55,157 nt of DNA from a virus (lineage: Duplodnaviria; Heunggongvirae; Uroviricota; Caudoviricetes), in the IMG/VR virus record IMGVR_UViG_2721755660_000006, positions 1-55,157 of that record. One strand, given 5' to 3'. The position numbers and the translations under genes were made by a program. The first letter of the stretch is position 1. Every line of letters begins with the position of its first letter. Below the pieces are notes generated by a model that was not told the DNA's origin, ran no database searches, and saw nothing but the letters and a program-made list of their open reading frames with translations. Below are positions 1-9,878 of the stretch, piece after piece.

Positions 1-1446
1 ATGAGTATGTCATCCATACCGTCGTCCTCCCAATCCGGGAAGCTCTATGGCTGGGTCGAAAGAATTGGTAACAAGGTTCCCCATCCTTTTTTGCTCTTTA
101 TCTATTTGATAATCGTACTCATGGTGACGACGGCAATTTTGTCAGCCTTTGGCGTCAGTGCGAAAAACCCGACCGATGGTACGCCGGTGGTGGTGAAAAA
201 CCTGCTCAGTGTGGAAGGATTACACTGGTTTTTACCCAATGTGATTAAAAACTTTAGCGGTTTTGCTCCACTTGGAGCGATCCTGGCGCTGGTTTTAGGT
301 GCCGGCCTAGCGGAGCGCGTCGGCTTACTGCCAGCGCTAATGGTTAAAATGGCATCGCATGTTAATGCCCGCTACGCCAGTTATATGGTGCTGTTTATTG
401 CTTTTTTCAGCCACATTTCTTCCGATGCGGCGTTAGTGATCATGCCACCGATGGGTGCGCTGATTTTTCTGGCGGTGGGCAGGCATCCAGTTGCAGGTTT
501 ACTGGCCGCCATTGCAGGCGTAGGTTGCGGCTTCACGGCTAATTTACTGATTGTCACAACCGACGTGTTGCTGTCGGGGATCAGCACGGAAGCGGCGGCT
601 GCGTTCAATCCGCAAATGCACGTCAGTGTAATTGATAACTGGTATTTTATGGCCAGCTCCGTAGTCGTTCTGACGATTGTTGGCGGCCTGATAACCGACA
701 AAATCATCGAGCCACGGTTAGGTCAATGGCAGGGAAACAGCGATGAGAAACTGCAGACATTGACCGAAAGTCAGCGTTTTGGTTTACGCATAGCAGGTGT
801 CGTATCGCTACTTTTTATTGCTGCGATCGCGCTGATGGTGATCCCGGAAAACGGGATATTGCGCGATCCGATTAATCACACCGTGATGCCATCACCCTTT
901 ATTAAAGGTATCGTGCCACTAATCATTCTTTTTTTCTTTGTGGTTTCGCTGGCTTATGGCATCGCTACCCGCACAATTCGACGTCAGGCGGATTTACCGC
1001 ATTTAATGATTGAACCGATGAAAGAGATGGCGGGATTTATCGTGATGGTTTTTCCCCTCGCCCAGTTTGTCGCCATGTTTAACTGGAGCAACATGGGGAA
1101 ATTCATCGCCGTGGGGCTGACCGATATACTTGAAAGTTCAGGGCTTAGCGGCATCCCGGCGTTTGTCGGTCTGGCGTTGCTTTCCTCTTTCTTATGCATG
1201 TTTATTGCCAGCGGTTCCGCAATCTGGTCGATTCTGGCCCCCATTTTCGTACCAATGTTTATGCTACTTGGCTTTCACCCGGCATTTGCGCAAATCCTCT
1301 TTCGTATTGCCGACTCATCCGTATTGCCTTTAGCGCCGGTATCTCCTTTTGTTCCACTGTTTCTTGGATTCCTGCAACGCTACAAACCAGACGCAAAACT
1401 GGGTACTTACTATTCGTTAGTCTTGCCCTATCCGCTTATCTTTTGA
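1..1446 (+). CDS. abgT: AbgT-family p-aminobenzoyl-glutamate transporter (host gene, ORF starts at window position 1)
   Basis: 481-aa polytopic membrane protein; N-terminus MSMSSIPSSSQSGKLYGWVERIGNKVPHPF recognised as E. coli AbgT from memory; stop lies 70 bp before the attL core. Confidence 0.85.
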   Translation: MSMSSIPSSSQSGKLYGWVERIGNKVPHPFLLFIYLIIVLMVTTAILSAFGVSAKNPTDGTPVVVKNLLSVEGLHWFLPNVIKNFSGFAPLGAILALVLGAGLAERVGLLPALMVKMASHVNARYASYMVLFIAFFSHISSDAALVIMPPMGALIFLAVGRHPVAGLLAAIAGVGCGFTANLLIVTTDVLLSGISTEAAAAFNPQMHVSVIDNWYFMASSVVVLTIVGGLITDKIIEPRLGQWQGNSDEKLQTLTESQRFGLRIAGVVSLLFIAAIALMVIPENGILRDPINHTVMPSPFIKGIVPLIILFFFVVSLAYGIATRTIRRQADLPHLMIEPMKEMAGFIVMVFPLAQFVAMFNWSNMGKFIAVGLTDILESSGLSGIPAFVGLALLSSFLCMFIASGSAIWSILAPIFVPMFMLLGFHPAFAQILFRIADSSVLPLAPVSPFVPLFLGFLQRYKPDAKLGTYYSLVLPYPLIF

Positions 1447-1516
1447 ATGGATAACTTAATGAAATATTCATTTTTATTCAATGTGTTATGCTTTGTTTTT
1501 GTTTTTGATTTATCAT

Positions 1517-1538
1517 TTTGGTCACTATTTGGTACACA
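1517..1538. repeat. attL core: 22-bp direct repeat TTTGGTCACTATTTGGTACACA, identical copy at 55124..55145
   Basis: Exact 22/22 identity found by eye at both prophage ends; right copy abuts the integrase start. Confidence 0.8.
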
Positions 1539-1540
1539 AA

Positions 1541-1568
1541 AAGAAACGAGGCGTTAGCCTCGTTTCGC
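1541..1568 (-). terminator. Rho-independent terminator after the tail fibre gene
   Basis: Hairpin ACGAGGC-GTTA-GCCTCGT followed by a T-run on the minus strand, just past the tail fibre stop. Confidence 0.6.
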
Positions 1569-1595
1569 GCGGCGATGTTCTTCGCACATCACCTC

Positions 1596-4500
1596 TTATT
1601 TTTCGCTTCCGGTCAACTGCCGGACAAGCGCTTCAAGTTTAGTGATCCGCTCATCCATGACGGCAATGTTAGCTCGTAAGCTGGCGTTTTCTTCCTCCAG
1701 TTCGGTGACGCGGTTATCTGTTTCGCGTGCCACCTGAACAAGTAAACCAGTCACAGCCGCATAGTCAACATTAAGATAGCGCGTTTCTTCGCGTAGCTCG
1801 TTGCCGTCAATGGTCGGACCTTGTAACGCTTCACCGTAATGAGTAAACGATCCCACAGCTTCCGGAAGCGCCTCCATGACCTCCTGAGCGATAACGCCAG
1901 CGTAAGGCAGGCCGTTTTCCTTAAGCGTGTAGGTGTACCCGTTCATTTTACGGATTGCTTCAGTAGCATCGCCTATAACCTGAATGTTGTCCTTCAGGTC
2001 GCGGTCTGAAGACTGGTTTACTGTTACGCAGTTTACAGCACCATTAACCTGAAGTTGGCATGAATCATCAGTGTTTTGCTGTGCGTAAAAAAACCATGAA
2101 AGCGACGCGTTTGTGTCTGGATCTTTTATCTTGTACTCAAGTACAGTCGGACGGCTTGCTGCACCCCACAAATAAAGCTCGCCATTTCTTGCCGCTGAAT
2201 TTGCGACGGCTAAACTTACTTTTCTTGTGTAAGTATCAGCGAAAAACTCCGTAGATTTAAATTGCTGGTATCCAGTCCACCTTTGCGAAGATGCGTTAAG
2301 AGTAGCAATTTGACACCAGCCCTTATCTACTCCGGCCTCAAAACTTCTGGCATAGAATTTTGAATTACGTCCGGCGAATTGAGTTGCGTGGCTACCGCTA
2401 AATCCAACATGAAAACCACCATAAGTTAGGCTATTTTCAGGTGTATTAATGTTACCAGCAATAGGCTTAAATTTGCTTACGTTATCTGATTGTTGTGCGC
2501 TCCAGTCCTGATCTGAATATGTCGCAACCCCGTTTCCAGGCTGTATAGTTCCGTTTGATTGGATAACCTGGTAAGAATCACCATATTTATTGCGGTATGT
2601 ATCAGTGCAATAAAACCCTGTTGCACTCGATGTAAAATCAAGTAGGTTATTACTAATGCCGTAAGTGTCTAAATCAATACCATCAGAGGAATTAGTGATA
2701 CCCCATTTATAAGTCGGACTATCTGCTGTGTTAGCTGGCTTCCAGTCTGCTGTAGGTATTGTTACAGTACATCCAACCGTAACAGCGATGCGAATGGGGA
2801 AGGCATCACCGCGAACATAGATCGCGTTATGCTGATACTGCCCTTTATCAGTACCGCGAACGCAAAGTATCGCGTTTTCATTGTTTGCGTAACAGAAATA
2901 ATGACCAAATGCAGCCGCCCCCATATCTGACCAGCCACCATCACGTAACCATAAATGAATTGCGTTACAGTTAGGCTCTTCACTGCCAGATATTGACTTA
3001 GTTCTCATTGCAATTTCAACAAGGAAATCGCCGTTATAGTGTGAAGGATGGCTGACAATTACAGGGTAATATTTACCAGCTTCAGCACCAGTAGGGGCGT
3101 TGTAATCAACCCAATGCGCAATACCTGCAAACGGGATTTGCATATTGGTTTTAGTTTGTTCAAGGTTTGTAGGTACTGCAATTGCATTGACTTTCAGGTT
3201 AGGTACTTCTATTTCATCCCTTGCATAGTTGTAGCTCATTGAATTGCTTGTTTTCGTCCCGTCATATCCGTCTTTCTGAATACGCCAGTTACCACCATCA
3301 AAGACAAGGCTATAGTAAGGTGTATTTGATGGCCGATCCGTTTCGTTGAATCTGATGGTAGGATGAGCGCTTGATATTTCTACGGGATAATTAAAATTAG
3401 CTGTTAATCTTACACGCCTACCTATAAAATCACCGCTATTTAAAGAAAAGTCGCCGTCTTCGCTTAATCCTGCGTATTGGTTTTTATCTCCATTCTGTAG
3501 GTGAATTGTGGCCCATGATTTACCATCGCCACGGAATTCTGAATAAAAACGCGCTCGCGCTCTTTGTGCGCCTGATGCATCATTAAGGACGCTTTGTAAA
3601 ATACCGCCTGCCGTGGTTGCGACATCTGACGACCTAACAAGGTTAAGGTTTGTAAATTGCGGGCTATCAGTAAAATCAAGAGACTGAAATTTCTTCCATG
3701 CGGTCCACTCCCAACCAGAAGAGGAAGACTGAATGATGTGCTGGCGCATATAAAATGTACCAGTCGTGGCATTGTAAGGGAAATAAAGCTGCGTGCATCC
3801 TGCGTTACCGTTCGCATTATTTCTAATAACAAGCAATGCTCCCGCACTTGATACAGGATAACCGCGCGCAGTCGTGGCATTTGCGTTTAACCCCTGGTAA
3901 TAAAAACCGGAATACTCGCCTGTAAGCGTATTAATATCTGTGGAACCTAGATCTGATTTTTTCTCATACATAGCCTCAAGGTTAGTGCGAGCTTGTCCTG
4001 AATTAAGCCCGCCTGTACCACCATGTGCTACTTTTAACGGAACAAAAGCGCCTGCGGAATCATCATACACACCCCAATTAATAGTATCCCCTGTTCCACC
4101 ATCCCACAGAACAAATTTTTGTTTTCCTCCTGCGGCCCACAAAGCAGTCTCACTGCTACCCTGAACTAAGCGACTAACCTCATCTTTCCTTGCGTGGCGC
4201 GTCCATTGTGGGCCTGTTGATTCGCTCCACTTATAAGTGTAAGCACTTCCGGTCATCTGCCCTATAAAAAGGCCAGAAAATGCCGGGACACTGCCTAAAG
4301 TCGGGCAAATAAAGCCAGACAAATAGCGCTCACCTGAAGCAATAGAAGGCCACCCGGCAGCCCCTTCCATGATGCGCAGAAAGCCAAGATAACCTGATGG
4401 GTTTCCTGAAATATCCGGGCAATCTCTGGGGTTTGAGGAAAGACCAATGCTACTCCCGACAATACCTTGCGCCTGATTGCGATAGTTTAGCGCATCGGCT

Positions 4501-5078
4501 GCTGATTTTGCCGCATTGGTTTCACTGGTGGCAGCCGCCGTTTTGCTGTTGCTGGCTGATGTTTCGCTGGCTTTTGCTGCATCCTGTGACGCTTTCGCTG
4601 CGGTCGCTGAGTTTGCCGCTGCTGTTTTTGATGCCGCCGCCGCGTTTTTGTCTGATTCTGTTTTTTGAGCGTTGGCGGTTGATTGCGCTGTTTCTGCGCG
4701 AATGTTGGCAAGAAGCTGATCCATCTGACCATCTCCGCCGAAATCTTTCCACCACTCGACGGCTGCGGCGATCTCTGTTTCCTTGCCCTGGTAGTAACGC
4801 AGTGTTTCAGCTACGTCCTGAGCAAGACCATCAACTGAGATCGAGTCAGAAAGCAGAATGCTAAATTTTGTCCCTGCAGGAATGGCAGGATTAGCCGCAG
4901 GCGTTACTGATAATTCAGTACCGCTCTTAATTTCGGTGATAGTGAAAATCTGTACCGGATTTCCAATGGCAATGAGCGTGCACCCCACACGGATGAGAGA
5001 GAGCGGCGCGGAAAAGTTTGTTCCCGTGCCTGTAACAGTATTGCCGCTAATGGCAATTGTTCCCGTTGTATAAATCAT
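1596..5078 (-). CDS. Tail fibre protein with C-terminal intramolecular chaperone (peptidase S74-like) domain
   Basis: 1160 aa; Ala/Ser/Thr/Lys-rich repetitive N-proximal region as in lambdoid side tail fibres; C-terminal SSDRDLKDNIQVIGDATEAIRKMNGYTYT matches the conserved autoproteolytic chaperone motif. Confidence 0.8.
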   Translation of the reverse strand: MIYTTGTIAISGNTVTGTGTNFSAPLSLIRVGCTLIAIGNPVQIFTITEIKSGTELSVTPAANPAIPAGTKFSILLSDSISVDGLAQDVAETLRYYQGKETEIAAAVEWWKDFGGDGQMDQLLANIRAETAQSTANAQKTESDKNAAAASKTAAANSATAAKASQDAAKASETSASNSKTAAATSETNAAKSAADALNYRNQAQGIVGSSIGLSSNPRDCPDISGNPSGYLGFLRIMEGAAGWPSIASGERYLSGFICPTLGSVPAFSGLFIGQMTGSAYTYKWSESTGPQWTRHARKDEVSRLVQGSSETALWAAGGKQKFVLWDGGTGDTINWGVYDDSAGAFVPLKVAHGGTGGLNSGQARTNLEAMYEKKSDLGSTDINTLTGEYSGFYYQGLNANATTARGYPVSSAGALLVIRNNANGNAGCTQLYFPYNATTGTFYMRQHIIQSSSSGWEWTAWKKFQSLDFTDSPQFTNLNLVRSSDVATTAGGILQSVLNDASGAQRARARFYSEFRGDGKSWATIHLQNGDKNQYAGLSEDGDFSLNSGDFIGRRVRLTANFNYPVEISSAHPTIRFNETDRPSNTPYYSLVFDGGNWRIQKDGYDGTKTSNSMSYNYARDEIEVPNLKVNAIAVPTNLEQTKTNMQIPFAGIAHWVDYNAPTGAEAGKYYPVIVSHPSHYNGDFLVEIAMRTKSISGSEEPNCNAIHLWLRDGGWSDMGAAAFGHYFCYANNENAILCVRGTDKGQYQHNAIYVRGDAFPIRIAVTVGCTVTIPTADWKPANTADSPTYKWGITNSSDGIDLDTYGISNNLLDFTSSATGFYCTDTYRNKYGDSYQVIQSNGTIQPGNGVATYSDQDWSAQQSDNVSKFKPIAGNINTPENSLTYGGFHVGFSGSHATQFAGRNSKFYARSFEAGVDKGWCQIATLNASSQRWTGYQQFKSTEFFADTYTRKVSLAVANSAARNGELYLWGAASRPTVLEYKIKDPDTNASLSWFFYAQQNTDDSCQLQVNGAVNCVTVNQSSDRDLKDNIQVIGDATEAIRKMNGYTYTLKENGLPYAGVIAQEVMEALPEAVGSFTHYGEALQGPTIDGNELREETRYLNVDYAAVTGLLVQVARETDNRVTELEEENASLRANIAVMDERITKLEALVRQLTGSEK

Positions 5079-5255
5079 CGCAATGACTCCATTATGTTAA
5101 TTAACGGAATAATTCTACCATTTTGTGATCTGCGTTACATTTTTGACGCATACAAAATGTATTTATTGATTTATATCAATATACGAAATGTGGTTTTGTC
5201 GGATATTTAAGCCACCGGATGAACCGGACGAGCTAACAAGAATGAGGATTCAAAA

Positions 5256-5504
5256 ATGAAAAACATGTTCAAAGTGGTCTTATTCGCTGCGGCTGTAGCT
5301 CTTACTGGTTGCTCTGTTGACAAAGAGGCTGCATTGCACAACCTGCCAAATAGCGGAGTAATCCCACAAGAAATTGTCTATGATGCTGACGGTCATCTTG
5401 TATATGACACTGAAAAACTTCCGTATACTGGACAATGGTGTCATGAACTCGATCACAACATGCGCCGCATCGGTAGCCCGTCGAATTGCGTAGCTAACTA
5501 CTAA
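5256..5504 (+). CDS. Small lipoprotein moron, possibly Cor-like superinfection exclusion
   Basis: 82 aa with lipobox (LTGC) after a hydrophobic signal; sits between tail fibre and J on the opposite strand; own upstream element and terminator. Confidence 0.6.
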   Translation: MKNMFKVVLFAAAVALTGCSVDKEAALHNLPNSGVIPQEIVYDADGHLVYDTEKLPYTGQWCHELDHNMRRIGSPSNCVANY

Positions 5505-5511
5505 AAGAAAA

Positions 5512-5537
5512 CCCCGCGCGAAGCGGGGTTATTTTTT
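5512..5537. terminator. Bidirectional rho-independent terminator between lipoprotein gene and J
   Basis: CCCCGCGCGAAGCGGGG hairpin flanked by A-run and T-run, between convergent gene ends. Confidence 0.75.
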
Positions 5538-8500
5538 ATGCCCATGATCCTGAGCTTCTCGTAACAAGCGCAAGACCCGCCCTTCTTTCTGCGCCTGTGC
5601 TGGTGTTAGTGTATTCTTCCGTTATTTTTATAGTCACTTTTTGCGCCGTGATCCCTGCGACACAATGGGATACCGTAAATCCGAATTGAGGCGTTGATGC
5701 AGCCCTTACTACTGAATATGTTTTCTTATTGCCATTAATATCAATTGTTACTTTTATGGATGTTGATTGAGAATATTGATAGTAAGTCAGGTGATAAGGA
5801 ATCATCACAAAAACGGTTTTAGAAAGCGAACTCGAAGACGAATCTGTATAAGTTTTAGTAACAGAACGCGATGCACTGCCCGACTGGTCAGGGAATGATG
5901 CTTGAGGTATAAAGTTAGTTGACGCGACATCGCCTACAAAACTTGTAGCCTCTAGCGACCCTTTAAATTTACCGCTATTTGCATACACCGCCCCCCTTAC
6001 CGTTACGTTGTTAAGCTCCGCGCTACCGTTTTTATTAATCATCCAGCCAGCCGAACCGGCTTTATAGTTGGTTGACTGTATTTGCTGTGCAATTTTAGCT
6101 GTAGTGATTGCTGCATCTGCAATTTTAGCTGTCCCTATTGATGCGTCTTTAATAAACGCTTCGCGCACATACATTGCACCATTGGTGACATAGAAAGGCG
6201 TTTGATATGTGCCGTTTGCGGCGGTCATTAACACGAAGCGGTCAACAAGGAAAATACACTGCGATTGAACGTTAGTCCCGCTACCAGTCAGGCCAAGAGA
6301 CATGCCTGTTGCGTATTTTTTGCCGTTGTTGTCGGTGGCAATCTTGATTGACCATGACGCATCAACGTTACCTTTGAAGTCAGTTAACGCTTTCGATGTC
6401 GTCTCGATCGCCGTGGTGTTCCCGTTAACTGTTACTGTAAGCTGATCAATTTTGGTTGATAATGCCTCGTCCGCAGTTGTCATGGTCTGCGACCATTCCG
6501 TGATGCTTGAGTTTACAGCTTCGAAAGACGCTGAGATCTGGCTGAATTTTTCCGCGCTTGATGTTTCATGCGTAGAAAGTGCTGTTGACACTTCAGATAC
6601 TTTCGAATTAATCGTACTGGTAAGCGATGAGTTAAGACTACTTATTGCATCTGTGCGGGCCTTTGTCTCATCTGCAATAGCTTTGTCGATACGGGTCACA
6701 TTGCTTGTAACCTTGCTATCAAGCGTGCTGATGCTTGCATTCACTCCGCTGATAGCTTCGGTTCTTGCGCTCGTCTCATCTGCGATGGCTTTATCAAGAC
6801 GAGAAACACTTGCGTCTGTTTTGTTTTCAAGGCTGCTTATTGAGGCATTTACTCCGCTTATTGCTTCCGTTCTTGCCTGTGTTTCGTTTGCAATAGCTTT
6901 GTCTACTCGCGCTATCTCGCCTTTGATGTTTGAGTCCATCGTGTTCATCTCTGCGGTGATAGTTTCAAGCGCTTCTGCTGTTGCCTGTTTTTCGTCAGCA
7001 ATAACATTGTCTATACGGTCGATTTGCGCTTTAGTCTCACTGCGCCCTTTCTTGTATTGAGCGGTAAGAGTGACGCGCGTATTAGTTTGAGCAAGCGAAT
7101 TATTGATGAGCGCAAGCGATGCGTTTTGTAGGCTTGCTTTTGTCTGTGCCAGTTCGTTATCGACGTTTTCGCTTGATACCTCTAATGAGTCTATTCTTAC
7201 CTCATGTTTGCCTATTTCATCGGCGTTTTCTTCGACTTTTTTATAAAGGTCTTCAGTGTCTTTTTTAAGCGCGTCTGTGTCTGTTTTAAGGTTGTCTGTA
7301 GCTGTTTTAAGGTCGTCTGTAGCTGTTTTAAGGTCTTCAGTTGCACTTTCGATAATGTCTGCGCGGTCGCCAAGATCCTTAATGTCGCTTACCATTTCCT
7401 TGAACTGGTCTGAATTCAGCACGTCTTTAGTGACATAATCGCTGATTTCATCGAAGTTTTCTGTTGGCTGTCCTGATGCTTCTACGAAGTCAGAAACACC
7501 AAAAGCATTACGTGTGCGCACATAAACGTAATAAGTGTGGCCCGTATTCATGCCGCCGAAAGTCCACTGATACCCGCGCCCGGTAAACTGTGCCGCCGTG
7601 GTTATTTTTGCCGGATCTGTGATCTGGTTTTCCCCTGCATAGTAGAATTCGTACGCTGTATCAGTTGTTAGCGTTGTCTTGCTTATCGGGTACACTGTAG
7701 CCTGAAATACACCTGGAACCCAGTTAACGCCTACTGGCGCTGCTGGCGCACCGATAACAAGGTCAACGATACTTTCGGCACCCTTCATGCCAGTATCATT
7801 TCTTCCGCGAACCCCTAAAGAATACACGCCAGCGTCAATGCCATAAAAATCATAACTGTATTTCGTGGTTTCATAGCTTTTAACCACCGCACCATCTGCA
7901 TTATATATGCGGATCTCAAATGTCATACGATGCGTGGTTGTCTGTGTTTCCCATGTGGCGCGGCATTGAATTGTTTCCGATCCAATGTTTACCACCTTCA
8001 GATTTTCAATGTTCGGCACGCGGAAATGATTAAGCGTATCATTGTTGACCTCAAAGATTGCGCCTTCATCGACTATCGCTTGTTTGTTAGGGTCGTGCTG
8101 TGCGGCTTCGATAGTGTATACGCTGTTATTTTCTGTTTCTGCTACACTGGTGATCCGGCACAAAACGGGTTTTGCCACTTCAGTCGATACAGCAAAAACA
8201 GTGCCGTTTCTAATCCATGACGGGGCCGCCGCCAGTGTGATTTTGTTTCCGCTCACCCCGGTGATCTGATGTTTTTTAAACTTGCCATCGCTATCAAGAA
8301 GGCTGATTGTATCCCCAGCGGCAATATATTTAGCATCAACCTTGTCTACAGTTATTACTTTGCCGTTGTTCGCAACGATGCGACCGCCTAAGCGAGCGCC
8401 AGCGCGGTTATTATCGAGGATCTCGATGATATCCCCTGGCGTAAAGTGAATCGCGTCACGGGCCATTTTAAACGTGAATTTTGACGGCTCGCGTTTTGCT

Positions 8501-9864
8501 GTTTCTATCAGCCATTTGCCCGCGCGGTACGCTTGCCCGCGTGACGTGCACCCGAACGCCTCCAACGTGGTTTCGTTGTAACCATCACGGGCGATTAGCT
8601 CATCATCTGCTACATACTCTTTGGATTGCTCCCAGCCGTTTTCCGGGTCTGTCCATGACACAATCACGGCGTTGTAGCATTCTGCGCGGGCGATACTTGA
8701 ACGAGTAAACGCGCCATCAACGACATTTGCATTTGTAATGGTGGCGATCGGGTCTTGTGGTGCATCAATCATCACGGTAAGGCGTTGCCCGTCCCATAAC
8801 GCGATACCCCTGAACATCCCGGCGATATTGTCCAGTAAGTCGCGGGCGCTCATTTGCTCTGTGATGTAAGCGTTAAGCGTCATGCGAGGCTCAAGGCCGC
8901 CGTAGCCATCATCAACCAACTGGTCGCAGTATTGAGAAAGCGTATACAGTGCGCCGTCATCAACGTCAATATAGCCAGCATGACGGGCAAGGCCGAAACG
9001 CTCGTTTTTAACCAGGTAACGGAAGATCCACGCAGGGTTATTAGTGTAAGCCTGTTTCAAGCCGCCAAGCCATAAACCGGAATAAGTGCGCGTTTCCGGG
9101 TCGTAGTTATCAGGCACGTCGACAATAAGACCACGCAGGTGATAAGTGCGTGTAGGCGTGTCGGTGTACTGGTCGTGGTCAATTACCGCGCCTGCTACAG
9201 CGGTGTGAGGATAAGATAAATTATCGTCGATTATTTCGCTGTAGCTACTCCATCGCGTATCATTTCGCAATAGATCGCTTGTGCTATCAGCCGTTACGCG
9301 GCGAACGCGAATATCAAACGGTTTTTCATCCGGCGCGTTGATAATATGCGCTTCAAGATATTCTCCGCTGATCTTACCCGGACCTATAGTGACGTCTTTA
9401 ACAAGCGTCCACGTAGAAGAAGACGAAGGCTTCACGTCAATCATCATCATGACAGATGTATTATGTTGATTGCTTTGCTCGTCAGATTGTACAAGTGAAT
9501 CGACGCCGATATTCAGGCGCACGCGCGTAACGTTAGGATCTGATACAGTCCTGATTATTGGAGTATCGTGTTTCACCTGAGCGTTAACAATAACGGTTGA
9601 TTCGATGGCGCTAAAACCGTTAATAGGTGATTGATCTAGAGTACCATTGCGCCACGCCACGCTAACGCCAGGGATGCTGGTATTGCCGTTCGCGTCAGTT
9701 ACAGGGGTGTCATTAAGCATAACGCTGTTTAATGGCGCTTTCGTATTCACAGGTCCATAAATCGGACCTTCTGAAATAATATCCAGTACACGATAAAACT
9801 GTTTATGATACAGGTTGTCATTTATCAATGTTGGTGTTTTTGCTTTGCCGCCGCCGCTACTCAT
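5536..9864 (-). CDS. Host specificity / tail tip protein (lambda gpJ-like)
   Basis: 1442 aa; N-terminal region aligns by eye with lambda J (ISEGPI, LRGLIVDVP, FGCTSRGQAYRAGKWLIET); contains internal 36-aa and 7-aa tandem repeats. Confidence 0.9.
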   Translation of the reverse strand: MSSGGGKAKTPTLINDNLYHKQFYRVLDIISEGPIYGPVNTKAPLNSVMLNDTPVTDANGNTSIPGVSVAWRNGTLDQSPINGFSAIESTVIVNAQVKHDTPIIRTVSDPNVTRVRLNIGVDSLVQSDEQSNQHNTSVMMMIDVKPSSSSTWTLVKDVTIGPGKISGEYLEAHIINAPDEKPFDIRVRRVTADSTSDLLRNDTRWSSYSEIIDDNLSYPHTAVAGAVIDHDQYTDTPTRTYHLRGLIVDVPDNYDPETRTYSGLWLGGLKQAYTNNPAWIFRYLVKNERFGLARHAGYIDVDDGALYTLSQYCDQLVDDGYGGLEPRMTLNAYITEQMSARDLLDNIAGMFRGIALWDGQRLTVMIDAPQDPIATITNANVVDGAFTRSSIARAECYNAVIVSWTDPENGWEQSKEYVADDELIARDGYNETTLEAFGCTSRGQAYRAGKWLIETAKREPSKFTFKMARDAIHFTPGDIIEILDNNRAGARLGGRIVANNGKVITVDKVDAKYIAAGDTISLLDSDGKFKKHQITGVSGNKITLAAAPSWIRNGTVFAVSTEVAKPVLCRITSVAETENNSVYTIEAAQHDPNKQAIVDEGAIFEVNNDTLNHFRVPNIENLKVVNIGSETIQCRATWETQTTTHRMTFEIRIYNADGAVVKSYETTKYSYDFYGIDAGVYSLGVRGRNDTGMKGAESIVDLVIGAPAAPVGVNWVPGVFQATVYPISKTTLTTDTAYEFYYAGENQITDPAKITTAAQFTGRGYQWTFGGMNTGHTYYVYVRTRNAFGVSDFVEASGQPTENFDEISDYVTKDVLNSDQFKEMVSDIKDLGDRADIIESATEDLKTATDDLKTATDNLKTDTDALKKDTEDLYKKVEENADEIGKHEVRIDSLEVSSENVDNELAQTKASLQNASLALINNSLAQTNTRVTLTAQYKKGRSETKAQIDRIDNVIADEKQATAEALETITAEMNTMDSNIKGEIARVDKAIANETQARTEAISGVNASISSLENKTDASVSRLDKAIADETSARTEAISGVNASISTLDSKVTSNVTRIDKAIADETKARTDAISSLNSSLTSTINSKVSEVSTALSTHETSSAEKFSQISASFEAVNSSITEWSQTMTTADEALSTKIDQLTVTVNGNTTAIETTSKALTDFKGNVDASWSIKIATDNNGKKYATGMSLGLTGSGTNVQSQCIFLVDRFVLMTAANGTYQTPFYVTNGAMYVREAFIKDASIGTAKIADAAITTAKIAQQIQSTNYKAGSAGWMINKNGSAELNNVTVRGAVYANSGKFKGSLEATSFVGDVASTNFIPQASFPDQSGSASRSVTKTYTDSSSSSLSKTVFVMIPYHLTYYQYSQSTSIKVTIDINGNKKTYSVVRAASTPQFGFTVSHCVAGITAQKVTIKITEEYTNTSTGAERRAGLALVTRSSGSWA

Positions 9865-9878
9865 GGCTTTATCTCCTG

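Noticed and set aside
1130-1454. Short plus-strand ORFs (67 and 86 aa) overlapping the abgT 3-prime portion
   Set aside because: Alternate frames inside the well-supported abgT coding sequence.
4397-4864. ORFs inside the tail fibre gene (4397..4864 plus, 4487..4732 and 4522..4755 minus)
   Set aside because: They fall in the Ala/Ser/Thr/Lys-rich repetitive part of the tail fibre; alternate-frame products are Arg/Gln-rich low-complexity strings typical of spurious frames.
6452-7060. 202-aa plus-strand ORF antisense to J (and similar antisense ORFs at 7204..7413, 7256..7438, 7930..8269, 8481..9075)
   Set aside because: They lie entirely within the well-supported J gene on the opposite strand, have low-complexity composition mirroring the J repeats and lack ribosome-binding sites; judged frame artefacts.
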